Virus record (IMG/VR): IMGVR_UViG_3300012038_000026
Location: 1-37,393 of that record
From: a virus
Lineage: Duplodnaviria; Caudoviricetes
Direction: 5' to 3' (one strand)
DNA: 37,393 nucleotides
The notes beneath the pieces are model-generated. The model was not told the origin of the DNA. It saw only the letters and a program-made list of their open reading frames with translations, and made no database searches. The number at the start of each line of letters is the position of its first letter. The stretch's first letter is position 1. Shown one piece after another: positions 1 to 7,344 of the stretch. Position numbers and translations under genes: made by a program.

Positions 1-2
1 AC

Positions 3-83
3 CAATGCGTCACCATCCTGCTGAATGAGCGTATCGCACAACTGGTGAAGGAGATAGACAGTGATAATAAAGCCAACAAGTGA
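3..83 (+). CDS. 3' end of a hypothetical protein truncated by the window edge
   Basis: Open frame QCVTILLNERIAQLVKEIDSDNKANK* ending at TGA 81-83; overlaps the start of the next gene and contains its AGGAG RBS. Confidence 0.45.
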   Translation, partial: QCVTILLNERIAQLVKEIDSDNKANK

Positions 84-1125
84 CCTGACGCTGCCGTGGG
101 TAGACTTCTCGTCACTCACCGCTGTCAACACATGCCCACGTTGGGGCATCATTCACAGCATACACGGCAAGCGCTTGTCTGCTGGTGTTGACCGTGTACT
201 GCCGCTTGAAGCTGGTAGAGCTATGCACGATGTGTTCGCATGCTGTCGCTTCTTCGACTTGATGACAGCTACTGACGCTGACGGTGATGTAGGTGACCGC
301 GTTACCGAGTATGCAGATAAGTTGTTCAAGAATGCAGAACACCCAGATCGCTGGCATCTGGCGTTGAAGTACTTCTTCGGCAGTGAAGATGCAGAAACAC
401 GTTGCATGCAGATGTGCCTCAACCTACTCGAAACATCAGGCTACTACGACGATCCACGTGACAATAAGCGTACGATGACTAACCTCGAAACTGCAGCCAT
501 CAACTACATACAACGCTACCCACTAGGCCGCTTCATCCCCATCATGACTGACAAGGTGATAGGCATTGAGGTGCCAATCGACGTGACTGTGTATAGTCTA
601 GAAGATGTGCCACTTGTACGCATCATCGGTCGCGTTGATGGTGTGTGCATTGATACACTGCGCCCTAATGATCCTGTACCAGAGGTGCATGAGAACAAGA
701 CCGGCTCACGCATTGACACCGTATGGAGTAGCAGCTTCGACACCTCACACCAAGTGACCACCTACTGCGTCGCCATGTCTTGTATACTCGGTATACAGAT
801 AACCAACTGCGTCATGTGGGGATTGCAGATACCAGTGCCGAAGTCATCCATGTACAGCGACGGCATCATGCGCTATCCAACAGCGCGCAACAGTGAAGCA
901 GTCGTCGAGTGGGCTGAGTGGATAATGCATACACTCAATGTCATCGACCAGTACAAAGACGACCCCACTAATGCACCTATGTACACACATAGCTGCAACC
1001 GCTACTTCCGTAGCTGTAGCTTCATCCCTCTGTGTGTGGAGAGTAGAGAACAGCGTAAGCACATATACGAACATGAGATGACTGTAGATAGGTGGTCACC
1101 TCTAGCTGACTCGATTGGTGAGTAG
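61..1125 (+). CDS. PD-(D/E)XK exonuclease, Cas4/AddB-like with probable 4Fe-4S staple
   Basis: N-terminal TCPR cysteine; G-x3-H (GRAMH); GRVDG; ENKTG; QxxxY (QVTTY); three C-terminal cysteines (CNRYFRSCSFIPLC); AGGAG RBS before the GTG start. Confidence 0.8.
   Translation: MIIKPTSDLTLPWVDFSSLTAVNTCPRWGIIHSIHGKRLSAGVDRVLPLEAGRAMHDVFACCRFFDLMTATDADGDVGDRVTEYADKLFKNAEHPDRWHLALKYFFGSEDAETRCMQMCLNLLETSGYYDDPRDNKRTMTNLETAAINYIQRYPLGRFIPIMTDKVIGIEVPIDVTVYSLEDVPLVRIIGRVDGVCIDTLRPNDPVPEVHENKTGSRIDTVWSSSFDTSHQVTTYCVAMSCILGIQITNCVMWGLQIPVPKSSMYSDGIMRYPTARNSEAVVEWAEWIMHTLNVIDQYKDDPTNAPMYTHSCNRYFRSCSFIPLCVESREQRKHIYEHEMTVDRWSPLADSIGE
781..797. repeat. Dispersed palindrome copy 1 (TGTATACTCGGTATACA, one mismatch)
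   Basis: Read directly; lies inside the exonuclease gene. Confidence 0.6.
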
Positions 1126-1176
1126 TAAGCGTGAGGATGCAACTTGTGTCGGGCTACGCCCTCTGGGGTATAGCTG

Positions 1177-1205
1177 CTTGCGTCTACTATAGCATGTGAT
1201 ATACT
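1177..1205 (+). promoter_or_regulatory. Sigma70-type promoter of the CTTGCRTCTACTA family
   Basis: TTGCGT (1178-1183), 16-nt spacer with TG, TATACT (1200-1205); same 13-nt element at 36218 and 37121. Confidence 0.65.
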
Positions 1206-1232
1206 TCTTACTACAACAACACGAGGTGAGGT

Positions 1233-2015
1233 ATGGAAATCAAGATAGAGAAAGCAGCAGACACGCCTAGTCGCTTGTCAATGATCCTATGGGGTGACAG
1301 CGGGTGTGGTAAGACTACACTAGCTGCAACAGCACCGGGTAAGAAGCTGTTTGTCGCCTTCGATCCAGATGGTGACATGAGCATTCGCAACATGCCTGAT
1401 TGGGATCGCATCAACCTGACGCATGAGAAGTCCAACGACATCGTCAAGGAAGGTACTAAGCCGGACCCGTATACTCTGTATACACTCATTGAGAAGTACG
1501 ACACCGTAGTTGTCGATAGCCTCACTAAGTTCAGCGAACATGCGCTTGTCTACGCAGTGATGATGAATGCTATGCGCAAGTCAACAATGGAGAACCCCGG
1601 TCTTGTCGGCTACGGTGCACGCAACATCTACGTCGGTGCGTTCGTGAGCAACATGATCCGCATCACCAACATGCTGAACAAGAACATCATCTTCATCACT
1701 CATGAACGTGCACCAGAGATGAACGCTGATGGCGCAGTTGTCGGTGTCAACATGATGCTCGGTGGTCAGCTGCCTAACGTCACTAGCAAGGACATCAGCG
1801 AAGTGTGGAACATGCGTGATCATGGTGGCAAACGCTACATCGCCATCCGTCCAGAACGCAATCGCTCACCGATGAAGTCGCGTATGTTCGACATGACAGC
1901 GGCTACCAGCTTTGAGTGGAAGTACAACGCCAACAAGCTTGAAGGTGACACCATCGCAAAGTGGTGGGAGCTATTCCAGCTTGGTCAATACACCAAACTT
2001 TCACTACCGAAATAG
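1233..2015 (+). CDS. Sak4-like / AAA_24 P-loop ATPase (single-strand annealing recombinase)
   Basis: Walker A WGDSGCGKTT, Walker B VVVDSLT, IFITHE, C-terminal MKSR; located between an exonuclease and an SSB gene; GAGGTGAGG RBS. Confidence 0.8.
   Translation: MEIKIEKAADTPSRLSMILWGDSGCGKTTLAATAPGKKLFVAFDPDGDMSIRNMPDWDRINLTHEKSNDIVKEGTKPDPYTLYTLIEKYDTVVVDSLTKFSEHALVYAVMMNAMRKSTMENPGLVGYGARNIYVGAFVSNMIRITNMLNKNIIFITHERAPEMNADGAVVGVNMMLGGQLPNVTSKDISEVWNMRDHGGKRYIAIRPERNRSPMKSRMFDMTAATSFEWKYNANKLEGDTIAKWWELFQLGQYTKLSLPK
1468..1484. repeat. Dispersed palindrome copy 2 (CGTATACTCTGTATACA, degenerate)
   Basis: Read directly; lies inside the ATPase gene. Confidence 0.5.
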
Positions 2016-2064
2016 CCCACTACATCTAGTAGTGCGGTTGTAACCACAGGGCTAGCTATGGTGG

Positions 2065-2093
2065 CTTGCTCGCTCGCCAGTGGTGTGTACACT
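2065..2093 (+). promoter_or_regulatory. Putative sigma70-type promoter for the SSB gene
   Basis: TTGCTC (2066-2071), 16 nt ending in TGTG, TACACT (2088-2093); intergenic. Confidence 0.45.
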
Positions 2094-2122
2094 TCACAGC
2101 CACCTTAACAAGGGAGACTACA

Positions 2123-2530
2123 ATGGGACTTCTTAACTTCAGTGAGAACATTGCGGATGCAGAAGCGCCTCCGCAGTTGCCGCAGGGTGAGTACAAGTGC
2201 ATCTGCACTGCTGCCGTTGACAAGATGGCTGCAAGCAGCGGCAACCCGATGTTGACGCTCACTCTGCAGATCGCGAAGTCGGAATTTCCTGCTGACTTCG
2301 ACGCTGGTGAGGGTGTCGATGCGCAGACGTTCACGTTGAACGTGGTGTGCCGCGACATCCCCGCTGATCGCTACCGCATGAAGCGTACATGTGCAGCGTT
2401 CGGTGTGCCGATGTCGAACGTCATCAACCCTGATGACTTCGTTGGCAAGGAGGCTCGCGCTCGCATCAAGATGGGGAAGGACTTGGAGAACAATCCCCGT
2501 GCAGAAGTTGGACAGGTGTTGCCACTCTAA
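2123..2530 (+). CDS. DUF669-like single-stranded DNA-binding protein
   Basis: LPQGEY...SSGNPMLTLTLQI...DDFVGKEARARI pattern typical of phage OB-fold SSBs next to Sak4; start reassigned to ATG 2123 after an AGGGAG RBS. Confidence 0.7.
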   Translation: MGLLNFSENIADAEAPPQLPQGEYKCICTAAVDKMAASSGNPMLTLTLQIAKSEFPADFDAGEGVDAQTFTLNVVCRDIPADRYRMKRTCAAFGVPMSNVINPDDFVGKEARARIKMGKDLENNPRAEVGQVLPL

Positions 2531-2550
2531 CACCTGTAGTGTAGTGTGTG

Positions 2551-2582
2551 TGTGGGAGGTGGCAATACCGTCACCTCCCACA
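2551..2582 (+). promoter_or_regulatory. Strong intergenic hairpin without a U-tract (processing, stability or termination element)
   Basis: TGTGGGAGGTG (2551-2561) is perfectly complementary to CACCTCCCACA (2572-2582). Confidence 0.55.
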
Positions 2583-2611
2583 AGTTCAACTCTTAATAGA
2601 GGATGCTCGTT

Positions 2612-2902
2612 ATGGCTACATCTCCCTCTCGCTCGCCTTCATCCATCTCAAGCGCGAAGAAGCAAGTCAACCGCGCACCACAGAAGCGCACCTTCCACTT
2701 CTTCTTGCGTGTCACCGACGCCAACGGCACTGTCATTCCCGGTGCCAAGCTGCAAGTTGACCGCATCATGACTGACGCACGTAAGGTTGTCGAGTTTCTC
2801 GACACTCCCGAGTATGCGAACAGCGGCCTCACTCGCGTCAAGCATGAGATCATCGCCAACACGCGCGGTGAAGAGAAGGATGGTGCTACGTCTGTTGGCT
2901 GA
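2612..2902 (+). CDS. Hypothetical protein (96 aa, basic N-terminus)
   Basis: ORF with AGAGGA RBS that fills the gap in the operon; no recognisable motif. Confidence 0.7.
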   Translation: MATSPSRSPSSISSAKKQVNRAPQKRTFHFFLRVTDANGTVIPGAKLQVDRIMTDARKVVEFLDTPEYANSGLTRVKHEIIANTRGEEKDGATSVG

Positions 2903-2973
2903 GCCTTCCCCTTGCTATAGCTGACTGGCGAGCAGCGCCGTGCACATCACGTCCCCGTAGTGTGCACGGCGTT

Positions 2974-2990
2974 TGTATACTGAGTATACA
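2974..2990. repeat. Dispersed palindrome copy 3 (perfect, TGTATACTGAGTATACA)
   Basis: Intergenic, 5 nt upstream of the AGGAG RBS of the 3007 gene. Confidence 0.85.
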
Positions 2991-3006
2991 GCAACAGGAG
3001 ACGACA

Positions 3007-3252
3007 ATGAGCGAAGTCAAAGGCAGCATCGGTGCGTATCGCGTTCGTGAGAGTTTCAATCCTAGTGGTGAAAACATCGTTGACAAGATCAAGCGCTACA
3101 CTGCTGATCTGATCGACATTTGCGAAGACTTCAAGAAGTCTAGCAGAGACGACGTGAATAGCGATGAACAAGCACGTCTTGCTGCACTTGCGCAGACTGC
3201 ATACGAGGAAGCAGCTATGTGGGCAGTGAAAGCAGCTACCACCAACAAGTAG
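3007..3252 (+). CDS. Small helical-hairpin protein resembling the Acb2/Tad1 nucleotide-sponge family
   Basis: 81 aa; FNPSG...VDKIK...ADLID and RLAALAQTAYEEAAMWAVKAAT, matching from memory the R-x2-A-L-A-x-T-x2-E-E-A-x-M-W-A-x-K-A signature; AGGAG RBS. Confidence 0.6.
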   Translation: MSEVKGSIGAYRVRESFNPSGENIVDKIKRYTADLIDICEDFKKSSRDDVNSDEQARLAALAQTAYEEAAMWAVKAATTNK

Positions 3253-3300
3253 TACTATCCACTAAGCTGCGAAACATGGCAGCGTATAAGGAACATCGCT

Positions 3301-4632
3301 ATGGACTTAGACGCAGAGCAACAGCGTGCAGTTGATCTATGCACGGACATGAGCAAGCGCCTCGTCGGTGTGACAGGTGAGGCGGGCACTGGCAAGACGA
3401 CGATCATCAAGCAGACATGCGACATACTTGTAGAGCATGACATTCCCTTCGCTGTAGCTGCACCCACTGGCAAAGCAGCACGTCGCATCAGAGAAGCAAC
3501 AGGCTACCCAGCAACTACAATTCACAAGCTGCTGGAGTTCAATCGTCCAGACTTTGACGATGAAACTGGTGAGCCTACTTCAGTCAGCGCACCAGCACGT
3601 ACAGCACGCAACCCACTCGATGTAGACGTTGTCATCATTGACGAGTACGCAATGGTGCCAACTGGCTTGCACCGTGATCTCATCGCGGCGCTTGGTAGAG
3701 GTGCTATGCGTGTGTTCGGTGATGTGCGTCAGCTACCACCCATTGAGAACGCTGACCTAGTAGACCCAACATCACCGTTCATGCGATGCTTGGAGATGCC
3801 ACACACCGTGACGCTTGACAACATCTACCGTCAGGCTGAAGGCAACGGCATCATTGAAGTAGCACGTCGTATCAACCGCGGTCAGTTCTTTGGCAGCAAC
3901 ACTGATGTGAAGGTGTTGCTAGGCGATGCTGTACTACACACCATGTACGGCATGCTTGAGAACAACAGCACAGACTGGACCCTACTCAGCAACCAGATCA
4001 TCTCACCCGCTAGGAAGTCAGACATAGGCACCATGCGGTTGAACAGCATACTACAGGCTCGCTTCAACAAAGACATGATCGGTCGCGTTGAGCTACCACG
4101 TAACAAGTGGGAGCAGAAGAACAAAGTCTTCGTTGCTGTAGGTGACAAGGTTGTATGCAACACCAACAGCTATGACCTGCGTGACTACGATCAGCGCTTC
4201 AGTGAGTACTACGACGGCGTCGGTGTGCTTAGCAGCTTCATCCCTTGTCCAGAGACAAAGCAAATGTTGAACGGGGAGGTAGGCAAGATCATCGACATAG
4301 ACGAGTTCGGTGTACTAGAGATTGACTTCGGTGATCGTGTCGTTGAACTGCCACCAGCGGTAGGTGAGTACAATGCACGCAAGCGCTACCACTTCACATA
4401 TGATCCGCGCAAGGTGATTGACCTTGCCTACGCACTCACTACGCACAAGTGTCAAGGCTCACAATATGACCATGTCGCATACGTGATGGCATCATGTGCG
4501 TTCTTCAACCTGAGTAGACCTAACTTCTACACCGGCATCACACGTGCTGCTAAGCATGCAACCATACTGACTGACCAACGCAGTATGGCTACGTCACTCA
4601 AATCAATGGGCTGGAAGAGGAAGAAGTCATGA
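3301..4632 (+). CDS. RecD/Dda-like superfamily 1B DNA helicase
   Basis: GEAGTGKTT, AAPTGKAARR, TIHKLL, IIDEYAM, GDVRQLPPI, IYRQ, LNGEVG, AYALTTHKCQGSQY, YTGITRA. Confidence 0.92.
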   Translation: MDLDAEQQRAVDLCTDMSKRLVGVTGEAGTGKTTIIKQTCDILVEHDIPFAVAAPTGKAARRIREATGYPATTIHKLLEFNRPDFDDETGEPTSVSAPARTARNPLDVDVVIIDEYAMVPTGLHRDLIAALGRGAMRVFGDVRQLPPIENADLVDPTSPFMRCLEMPHTVTLDNIYRQAEGNGIIEVARRINRGQFFGSNTDVKVLLGDAVLHTMYGMLENNSTDWTLLSNQIISPARKSDIGTMRLNSILQARFNKDMIGRVELPRNKWEQKNKVFVAVGDKVVCNTNSYDLRDYDQRFSEYYDGVGVLSSFIPCPETKQMLNGEVGKIIDIDEFGVLEIDFGDRVVELPPAVGEYNARKRYHFTYDPRKVIDLAYALTTHKCQGSQYDHVAYVMASCAFFNLSRPNFYTGITRAAKHATILTDQRSMATSLKSMGWKRKKS

Positions 4633-7163
4633 ACACCATCGCTGAATTGCGTGAACGGTTCTGTCGTCAAGCTGAACAAGCACAGCTATCCGTCGAGTGT
4701 GCAATGGGTGGCATAGTCAGTGGCACCATAGCGATCATCGCTGAAGCACCCGGCATCAATGAGGTAGCACAAGGCATGCCGCTTGTCGGCGGTGCAGGTA
4801 ACATCCTGTGGAAGTCACTGCGCACATACTGCCCAGAGGTGAAGCGCGGTGAGTGCTACATTACAAACGTCGTAAAGCGTCAAGTATCATTCGGTGTTGG
4901 GGACTCAGCAAACAGGAAGCCTGTCGGTAAGCATGAGCTTGTTGCGTGGCAGGAGCTATTGCTGTGGGAGTTGTCACATCTGCCGAACTTGCGACATGTA
5001 CTTCTGCTTGGCAACTATGCGATTGAAGCTGTTCTAAGCAAGAAGGGCATAACAAATTGGCGTGGCTCGGTACTCGATTGCAGCGTGGGCAATAAGCAAA
5101 TAACTGCAGTGTGCACATACAACCCTGCCTTCTGTGCGCGTGATCCCATGTCGCACATCATATTCGACATGGACATAGCTGACAAGCTACGCCCGGTTAT
5201 ACGCGGGGAGTACGCACCTCATGAAGTCGTCACACACATCAACCCCACGAAGCAGCAAGCAATTGACTACATTCGTCATTGTCAAGCCTCACGTGATCCT
5301 GTCGCCAGTGACATTGAAGTTGTCTCTAATGAAACAGCTTGCGTCGGGCTTGCACATTCACACACCGAAGCGATGTGCATCGCATTCAGAACTGAAGACG
5401 CGAATGTATACTCAGTATACGACGAGGCAGAGATACGTCGTCATCTCCAACGCTTATACGCTGCGCCTACTACGCGCATGGTGTGGCAGAATGGAGGCTT
5501 TGACATGGCGTGGCTTTGGTTCAAGGACCGCATTCTTTGTCGCCAAGCATACAGCGATACGATGCTTGGTCATCATGTGCTATACCCAACAATGCCCCAT
5601 GACCTCGGCTTCATTGTCAAGCAGTACACGATGCACCCCTTCTACAAGAATGAGAAGGATGAATGGCGGCATACTGGTGGCATCGACAACTTCTGGATAT
5701 ACAACGGTAAAGATTGTGCACTCACACTTGCGTCGAATGCTAGCATCGTTGCAGAGCTACGTGAACAGAAGCTAGACAAGTTCTACTTCGAGCACGTGAT
5801 GCGCTTGCAAGCACATCTAGTGTGGATGACAGTCGGTGGCATCCTCAACGACATGCCTATGCGTGAGCGCATGCTTGATGAGAACACACCGGGCAATCTG
5901 TATGATGACCTGCAGCACAAGCTGACTGCGTTCTATGAAGCTGTACAGGAGGCAACAGGTGACAAGCTGTACACTCCTAACCCCAACAGCCCGAAGCAGA
6001 TGGCTGACTTGTACTTCACTAAGCTGAAGCTAGTAGGCAGGGGCGTGAGTACTGACTACACCAACCGCGGATTGATGAGAAAGCACCCACGCACCACCGC
6101 TGCAGCACGCAAAGTCTTAGACGCCGTTGATGCTTACATCGAAGATGATAAGTTCTTCAGTGTCTATGCCAGTGCGCGCCCAGACGCTGACTCACGCATG
6201 CGATGTGACTACCGACAGACAGGTGTTCGCAACGCGCCGGGTCGCTTGTCTAGCGCGCAGACGTTGTGGGGTAGCGGCGGTAATCTGCAGAACATTCCCG
6301 ACCGTGCGAAGGAGATGTTCATCGCTGACCCTGACTGCTGCTTCATATATATCGACGGCAGTCAAGCTGAAGCACGTGTCGTCGGTTGGCGCTACAACAT
6401 CGGCACATGGATCAGTCAGTTCGAGCGTGCGCGGCTCGATGGCAGCTATGATTGCCACCGCGCTCTCGCCGCAGACATGTTCAATGTACCGTATGCAGAC
6501 GTTCCCGCCTTCGACCGTTACCCCTTGGACGAAGCTGCCGCGCTGCGTGATGGCATTGATTTTGTCGCTGACCAAGCGGGCAAGCCCACCATCAGGTACA
6601 TCGCTAAGAGGTGCAGACATGGTCTTAACTACCGCATGATGCCGGATAGACTAGCCCTAACCACAGGCTTGCCACTCTCTACAGCAAGTGAAGCATTTGT
6701 CAAGTATCACAAGCTCACGCCTGAAATCAAGGTAGGATGGCAAGCTGACCTCGACCGGGTGCGCAATGATCGCTCTATCTACAACGCCTATGGTAGGCGA
6801 TATGTTCAACTAATTCCGGTGACAGAGGAGAGTACTGAAAGCATCGTCGCTTTCTACCCACAATCCACGGTTGGTGACCACGTATGTCGCGTCATCTACA
6901 AAGCACATGACGATCCGAAGTGGCCCAAGGGTAAGGCACGTATAGCTTTGAATACACACGATGGGTTGATAGGCATCGCTCACAAGTCAGTGGCGAAGCA
7001 GGCTCTGCGTGTGCTAGTCAAGCACGCAGAGGCACCCATCGTGATTGAAGGCAGAGAGCTGATCATCCCTGCTGAGTGCGGCATCAGTGTAGCTGGTGCT
7101 GATGGAGTACACAGGTGGAGTACGATCAAGAAGATCAAACGACAGGAGGTGTTCCGTGGCTAA
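4629..7163 (+). CDS. polA: Family A DNA polymerase with N-terminal uracil-DNA glycosylase-like domain and 3'-5' exonuclease
   Basis: UDG-like AEAPG..E...PLVGGAG, YITNVVK, LLLGNYA, TYNPA; Exo I SDIE, Exo II QNGGFD, Exo III YNGKD; GRLSS, NLQNIP; motif A DGSQAEAR, motif B RYIAKRCRHGLNY, motif C THDG. Confidence 0.92.
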   Translation: MNTIAELRERFCRQAEQAQLSVECAMGGIVSGTIAIIAEAPGINEVAQGMPLVGGAGNILWKSLRTYCPEVKRGECYITNVVKRQVSFGVGDSANRKPVGKHELVAWQELLLWELSHLPNLRHVLLLGNYAIEAVLSKKGITNWRGSVLDCSVGNKQITAVCTYNPAFCARDPMSHIIFDMDIADKLRPVIRGEYAPHEVVTHINPTKQQAIDYIRHCQASRDPVASDIEVVSNETACVGLAHSHTEAMCIAFRTEDANVYSVYDEAEIRRHLQRLYAAPTTRMVWQNGGFDMAWLWFKDRILCRQAYSDTMLGHHVLYPTMPHDLGFIVKQYTMHPFYKNEKDEWRHTGGIDNFWIYNGKDCALTLASNASIVAELREQKLDKFYFEHVMRLQAHLVWMTVGGILNDMPMRERMLDENTPGNLYDDLQHKLTAFYEAVQEATGDKLYTPNPNSPKQMADLYFTKLKLVGRGVSTDYTNRGLMRKHPRTTAAARKVLDAVDAYIEDDKFFSVYASARPDADSRMRCDYRQTGVRNAPGRLSSAQTLWGSGGNLQNIPDRAKEMFIADPDCCFIYIDGSQAEARVVGWRYNIGTWISQFERARLDGSYDCHRALAADMFNVPYADVPAFDRYPLDEAAALRDGIDFVADQAGKPTIRYIAKRCRHGLNYRMMPDRLALTTGLPLSTASEAFVKYHKLTPEIKVGWQADLDRVRNDRSIYNAYGRRYVQLIPVTEESTESIVAFYPQSTVGDHVCRVIYKAHDDPKWPKGKARIALNTHDGLIGIAHKSVAKQALRVLVKHAEAPIVIEGRELIIPAECGISVAGADGVHRWSTIKKIKRQEVFRG
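5405..5421. repeat. Dispersed palindrome copy 4 (TGTATACTCAGTATACG)
   Basis: Read directly; lies inside the polymerase gene. Confidence 0.75.
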
Positions 7164-7344
7164 TGGCGAGCAGTGTACGGTGTGCGGCTGGACACAGACA
7201 GCACACGACATGGCAGTAGTGTACAAGGAGCTTTGCTGGTACTGGTGGTGCTTACATCCATTCACTACTGAGCCACAGCCTGAGCCTGCTCAGGAGGCGC
7301 ACCACCAGCATCAGCGTGCATCAACTGATCTAGCGTCTTCATAG
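7156..7344 (+). CDS. Small Cys-rich hypothetical protein (possible zinc finger)
   Basis: AGGAGGT RBS at 7144-7150, GTG start, CTVC...CWYWWCLH; 3' part overlaps the convergent 1443-aa gene. Confidence 0.4.
   Translation: MANGEQCTVCGWTQTAHDMAVVYKELCWYWWCLHPFTTEPQPEPAQEAHHQHQRASTDLASS

Noticed and set aside
61-1125. Cas4-like gene as part of a CRISPR-Cas system
   Set aside because: No other cas genes and no array; context is a standard phage recombination module.
4629-7163. DpoZ/Z-genome or other base-modification system
   Set aside because: No purZ, dATPase, thymidylate-synthase-like or transferase genes in the window; cannot be excluded for the rest of the genome.
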